DNA from: Neoechinorhynchus agilis
Taxonomy: Eukaryota; Animalia; Acanthocephala
Direction: 5' to 3'
NCBI GenBank assembly: GCA_051530055.1
Contig: CM121341.1
Location: 8,286,784-8,350,783 of the forward strand
DNA: 64,000 bases
Shown here: positions 61,580-64,000 of the stretch, in pieces
Position numbering within the stretch: the first letter of the stretch is position 1
How the letters are laid out: each line of letters begins with the position of its first letter
Program-made: the position numbers and the translations under genes
Notes under the pieces: model-generated
Seen by the model: the letters and a program-made list of their open reading frames with translations, nothing else
What the model was told of the DNA's origin: nothing
Database searches by the model: none

Positions 61580-63230
61580 CGTATTCCTTCGACAAAATAT
61601 CTCGCTGGCAGTACAATGAGGCAATGCTGCCAGCGTGATGGCGACGGTCGAGGAAGGACAAAAGCTGGAATTTGGCGGGAGGTGGTGAGTGTGCTTCAAA
61701 CAGATTGTTTGAATTGTTAAAAATATATTATGTTTAGAACAGAAGATGAGAGAGTAACATATCTTTAAGATAAAAAAGATTGATCTAATAATAAAGCACA
61801 AAACGTGCAATCACCATCGTCCGCAAAATTGGAGCTTCGCTCCTTCCTCGGCTGTCAGCAGCATTGCCTCGTTGTACTGCGAGCGAGATATTTTGCCGCG
61901 TCGCCCGTCGTTTTTCTCAATTTCTTCGAGAGATCCTGGAGCAGAGTGAGTGTCGAGCAGCAAAGTGCTTCATTCGTCTCTCCTTGTGAATCCCTATATT
62001 TTCGTACCTTCCTCTCTTCCGCTGCACCTCCATCGATTTCGAGAGAGCAGGGAATGCTGCTTACTGCGAGGGTGTCCACAGACGTTGCGTCCCAGAGAAA
62101 GCATTTGCTCTCGCGCCACGGAAAGATCGAAATTCCGTCAGGTCGACGACCGGGGTATTCAAACATTCATCACTCTATCGCAAAGCTTTACATTTAAAAA
62201 AAAGGAAATACACAAATAAACGACAGCTAAAACCCAAATTACAAATTTATTATTTCCTTTTTCAGTGTATAGCTAGTAGATCTTTCAATTTTAACGTTTG
62301 GCGATAAAACGCAAATATCGTTCAAAATGTCCGGAGCAGTTCAAAAGAGGTTTTTGAATGAACGCATTCATGTAGATTTCGCTTATTTATTAAAGAAATA
62401 TTTTAATCAATTTTCACGATCGGTAATAGATAACAATTATTGAAACCGTTCTCGCTCGCGTAGAGATCACTGCACCCGCCCTTTTAAATTTTGTGTTCGA
62501 GATAAAAAAAGGGTCAAATAATACGCTAAAAAGTGCAATCACCACCGTCCGCAAAATTGGAGCTTCTCTCCTTCCTCGGCTGTCAGCAGCATTGCCGCGT
62601 TGTACTGCGAGCGAGATATTTTGCCGCGTCGCCCGTCGTTTTTCTCAATTTCTTCGAGAGATCCTGGAGCAGAGTGAGTGTCGAGCAGCAAAGTGCTTCA
62701 TTCGTCTCTCCTTGTGAATCCCTATATTTTCGTACCTTCCTCTCTTCCGCTGCACCTCCTTTTTCAGTGTATAGCTAGTAGATCTTTCAATTTTAACGTT
62801 TGGCGATAAAACGCAAATATCGTTCAAAATGTCCGGAGCAGTTCAAAAGAGGTTTTTGAATGAACGCATTCATGTAGATTTCGCTTATTTATTAAAGAAA
62901 TATTTTAATCAATTTTCACGATCGGTAATAGATAACAATTATTGAAACCGTTCTCGCTCGCGTAGAGATCACTGCACCCGCCCTTTTAAATTTTGTGTTC
63001 GAGATAAAAAAAGGGTCAAATAATACGCTAAAAAGTGCAATCACCACCGTCCGCAAAATTGGAGCTTCTCTCCTTCCTCGGCTGTCAGCAGCATTGCCGC
63101 GTTGTACTGCGAGCGAGATATTTTGTCGCAGGAACCACTTCCGAGAAACGACTTTTCGTTCGATTTTAAAGCGTCCAAAGACGCAGCTCGACAAATTTTG
63201 GGACACGACAAGATGTGGCGTCAAGTCGTA
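61580..63230 (-). mobile_element. Cluster of CRE-like 3' fragments with nested local duplications (502-bp and 728-bp offsets, one inverted diverged copy)
   Basis: GRRPDGISIFPWRESKCFLWDATSVDTLA...AAEERKVRKY and NISLAVQRGNAA. Repeated blocks at ~61807, ~62534 and ~63037; inverted copy at ~61580-61675. Confidence 0.8.
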
Positions 63231-63385
63231 CGCTCGTCGCGAGAGAAGTTGAAAAATAAGCTTATACTACTACTCCGAACTGAAAACTTCTTCATGAATG
63301 ACGTAAACTTGGGTTTTTGAGCGTTCTTTCGTGTTTTTTCCATCAGGTCTCCAATCTCTGAAGAAATTGTTTTCATCCGAAAAAG

Positions 63386-64000
63386 ATGGATTTTCCTCGG
63401 GGCGTTGATGTGCTGCATGGACGTGGTCATTTGAAGCGTAAATCGAGCTTAAAGCAGCTGAGGATTCAAAAAAGACTTAAATTTCAAGTGGACGACGTTA
63501 TTCGTCCGAGTCTTTTAACAGTTCGTGATTTCACCAAGGATTGTTTATGTTTAGCGTCAATAATGCGTATTTATAAGAATCGTCTTCGACTAAGTCTCCC
63601 ACACCACCAATTCGCTTATGCTTACGTTCAAGAAGCAACATCTCTATTCAGAGTTGGCCAGTATGTCTCATGTGCCATCAGCAAGCCAGCTAAAGGTAAT
63701 CGTCGGACTAAATGGCACCAAGTTAGCATTTTTCCGAGAGATGTTAATCGGTTCGTTGGCCGAGTCCAACCCGGCACGGTTTTTAGTGGCGTTGTAACCG
63801 CCCTTGAAGATCATGGATTCACTGTTGACCTTGGAATCAATGAATACGTTGGGTTTATCAATAAAAAACGGTCCATTAAAGAGTTCGGACGTCTTTTGAG
63901 TATTGGTTCTTATGTTCTTGGAGTGACTACGAACGTTGTTGGACGGGTTGTCACTCTTCAAAGTCCATCGGTCGCCTTGAATGCGACGTTGAACGGAGAA
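63386..64000 (+). CDS. PDCD11: RRP5/PDCD11 rRNA-biogenesis S1-repeat protein, 5' portion (runs off the window; absent from the ORF track because it has no stop)
   Basis: Open frame of 205 codons from ATG 63386: MDFPRG...LTVRDF...LRLSLP...LFRVGQYVSCAI...VSIFPRDVN...PGTVFSGVVTALEDHGFTVDLGI..VGFI. This is colinear with the RRP5 N-terminus (FPRG, LF.VGQ, EDHG..VD.G). Confidence 0.85.
   Translation, partial: MDFPRGVDVLHGRGHLKRKSSLKQLRIQKRLKFQVDDVIRPSLLTVRDFTKDCLCLASIMRIYKNRLRLSLPHHQFAYAYVQEATSLFRVGQYVSCAISKPAKGNRRTKWHQVSIFPRDVNRFVGRVQPGTVFSGVVTALEDHGFTVDLGINEYVGFINKKRSIKEFGRLLSIGSYVLGVTTNVVGRVVTLQSPSVALNATLNGE

Noticed and set aside
63668-63961. Minus-strand 97-aa ORF in the track
   Set aside because: It is the antisense shadow of the RRP5/PDCD11 coding frame on the plus strand.

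Overview
Eukaryotic (animal-like) DNA from a compact genome with ~45-50 nt introns, densely packed with retroelement debris. Main result: a polycistronic endogenous rhabdovirus-like element (N-P-M-G-L in genome order, ~20099-25701, with four conserved gene junctions GAAAAA-CT-(A/G)ACANNNATC). It sits in the 7.5-kb loop of a 7,257-bp near-perfect inverted repeat (10952-18208 / 25702-32958). The 5'-truncated N is fused in frame to the REL-endonuclease region of a CRE-like non-LTR retrotransposon, and the adjacent piece of that element is inverted, which suggests retroelement-mediated capture of the viral antigenome. About 24 kb downstream, a ~6.1-6.6-kb tandem duplication carries two copies of a ZAP/PARP12-like gene (4 CCCH fingers plus a catalytically degenerate PARP-like domain, no WWE). 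Also present: a ~27-unit 282-bp satellite, two Ty3/gypsy pol relics, CRE-like, L2/CR1-like, I/Jockey-like and R2/NeSL-like LINE relics, two Penelope-type minimal hammerhead ribozyme motifs, and host genes (SLC2A-type sugar transporter, DOLPP1, 5' end of RRP5/PDCD11). All assignments come from manual motif recognition; no database searches were run. Percent identities are by eye, and single-base frameshifts could be consensus errors.
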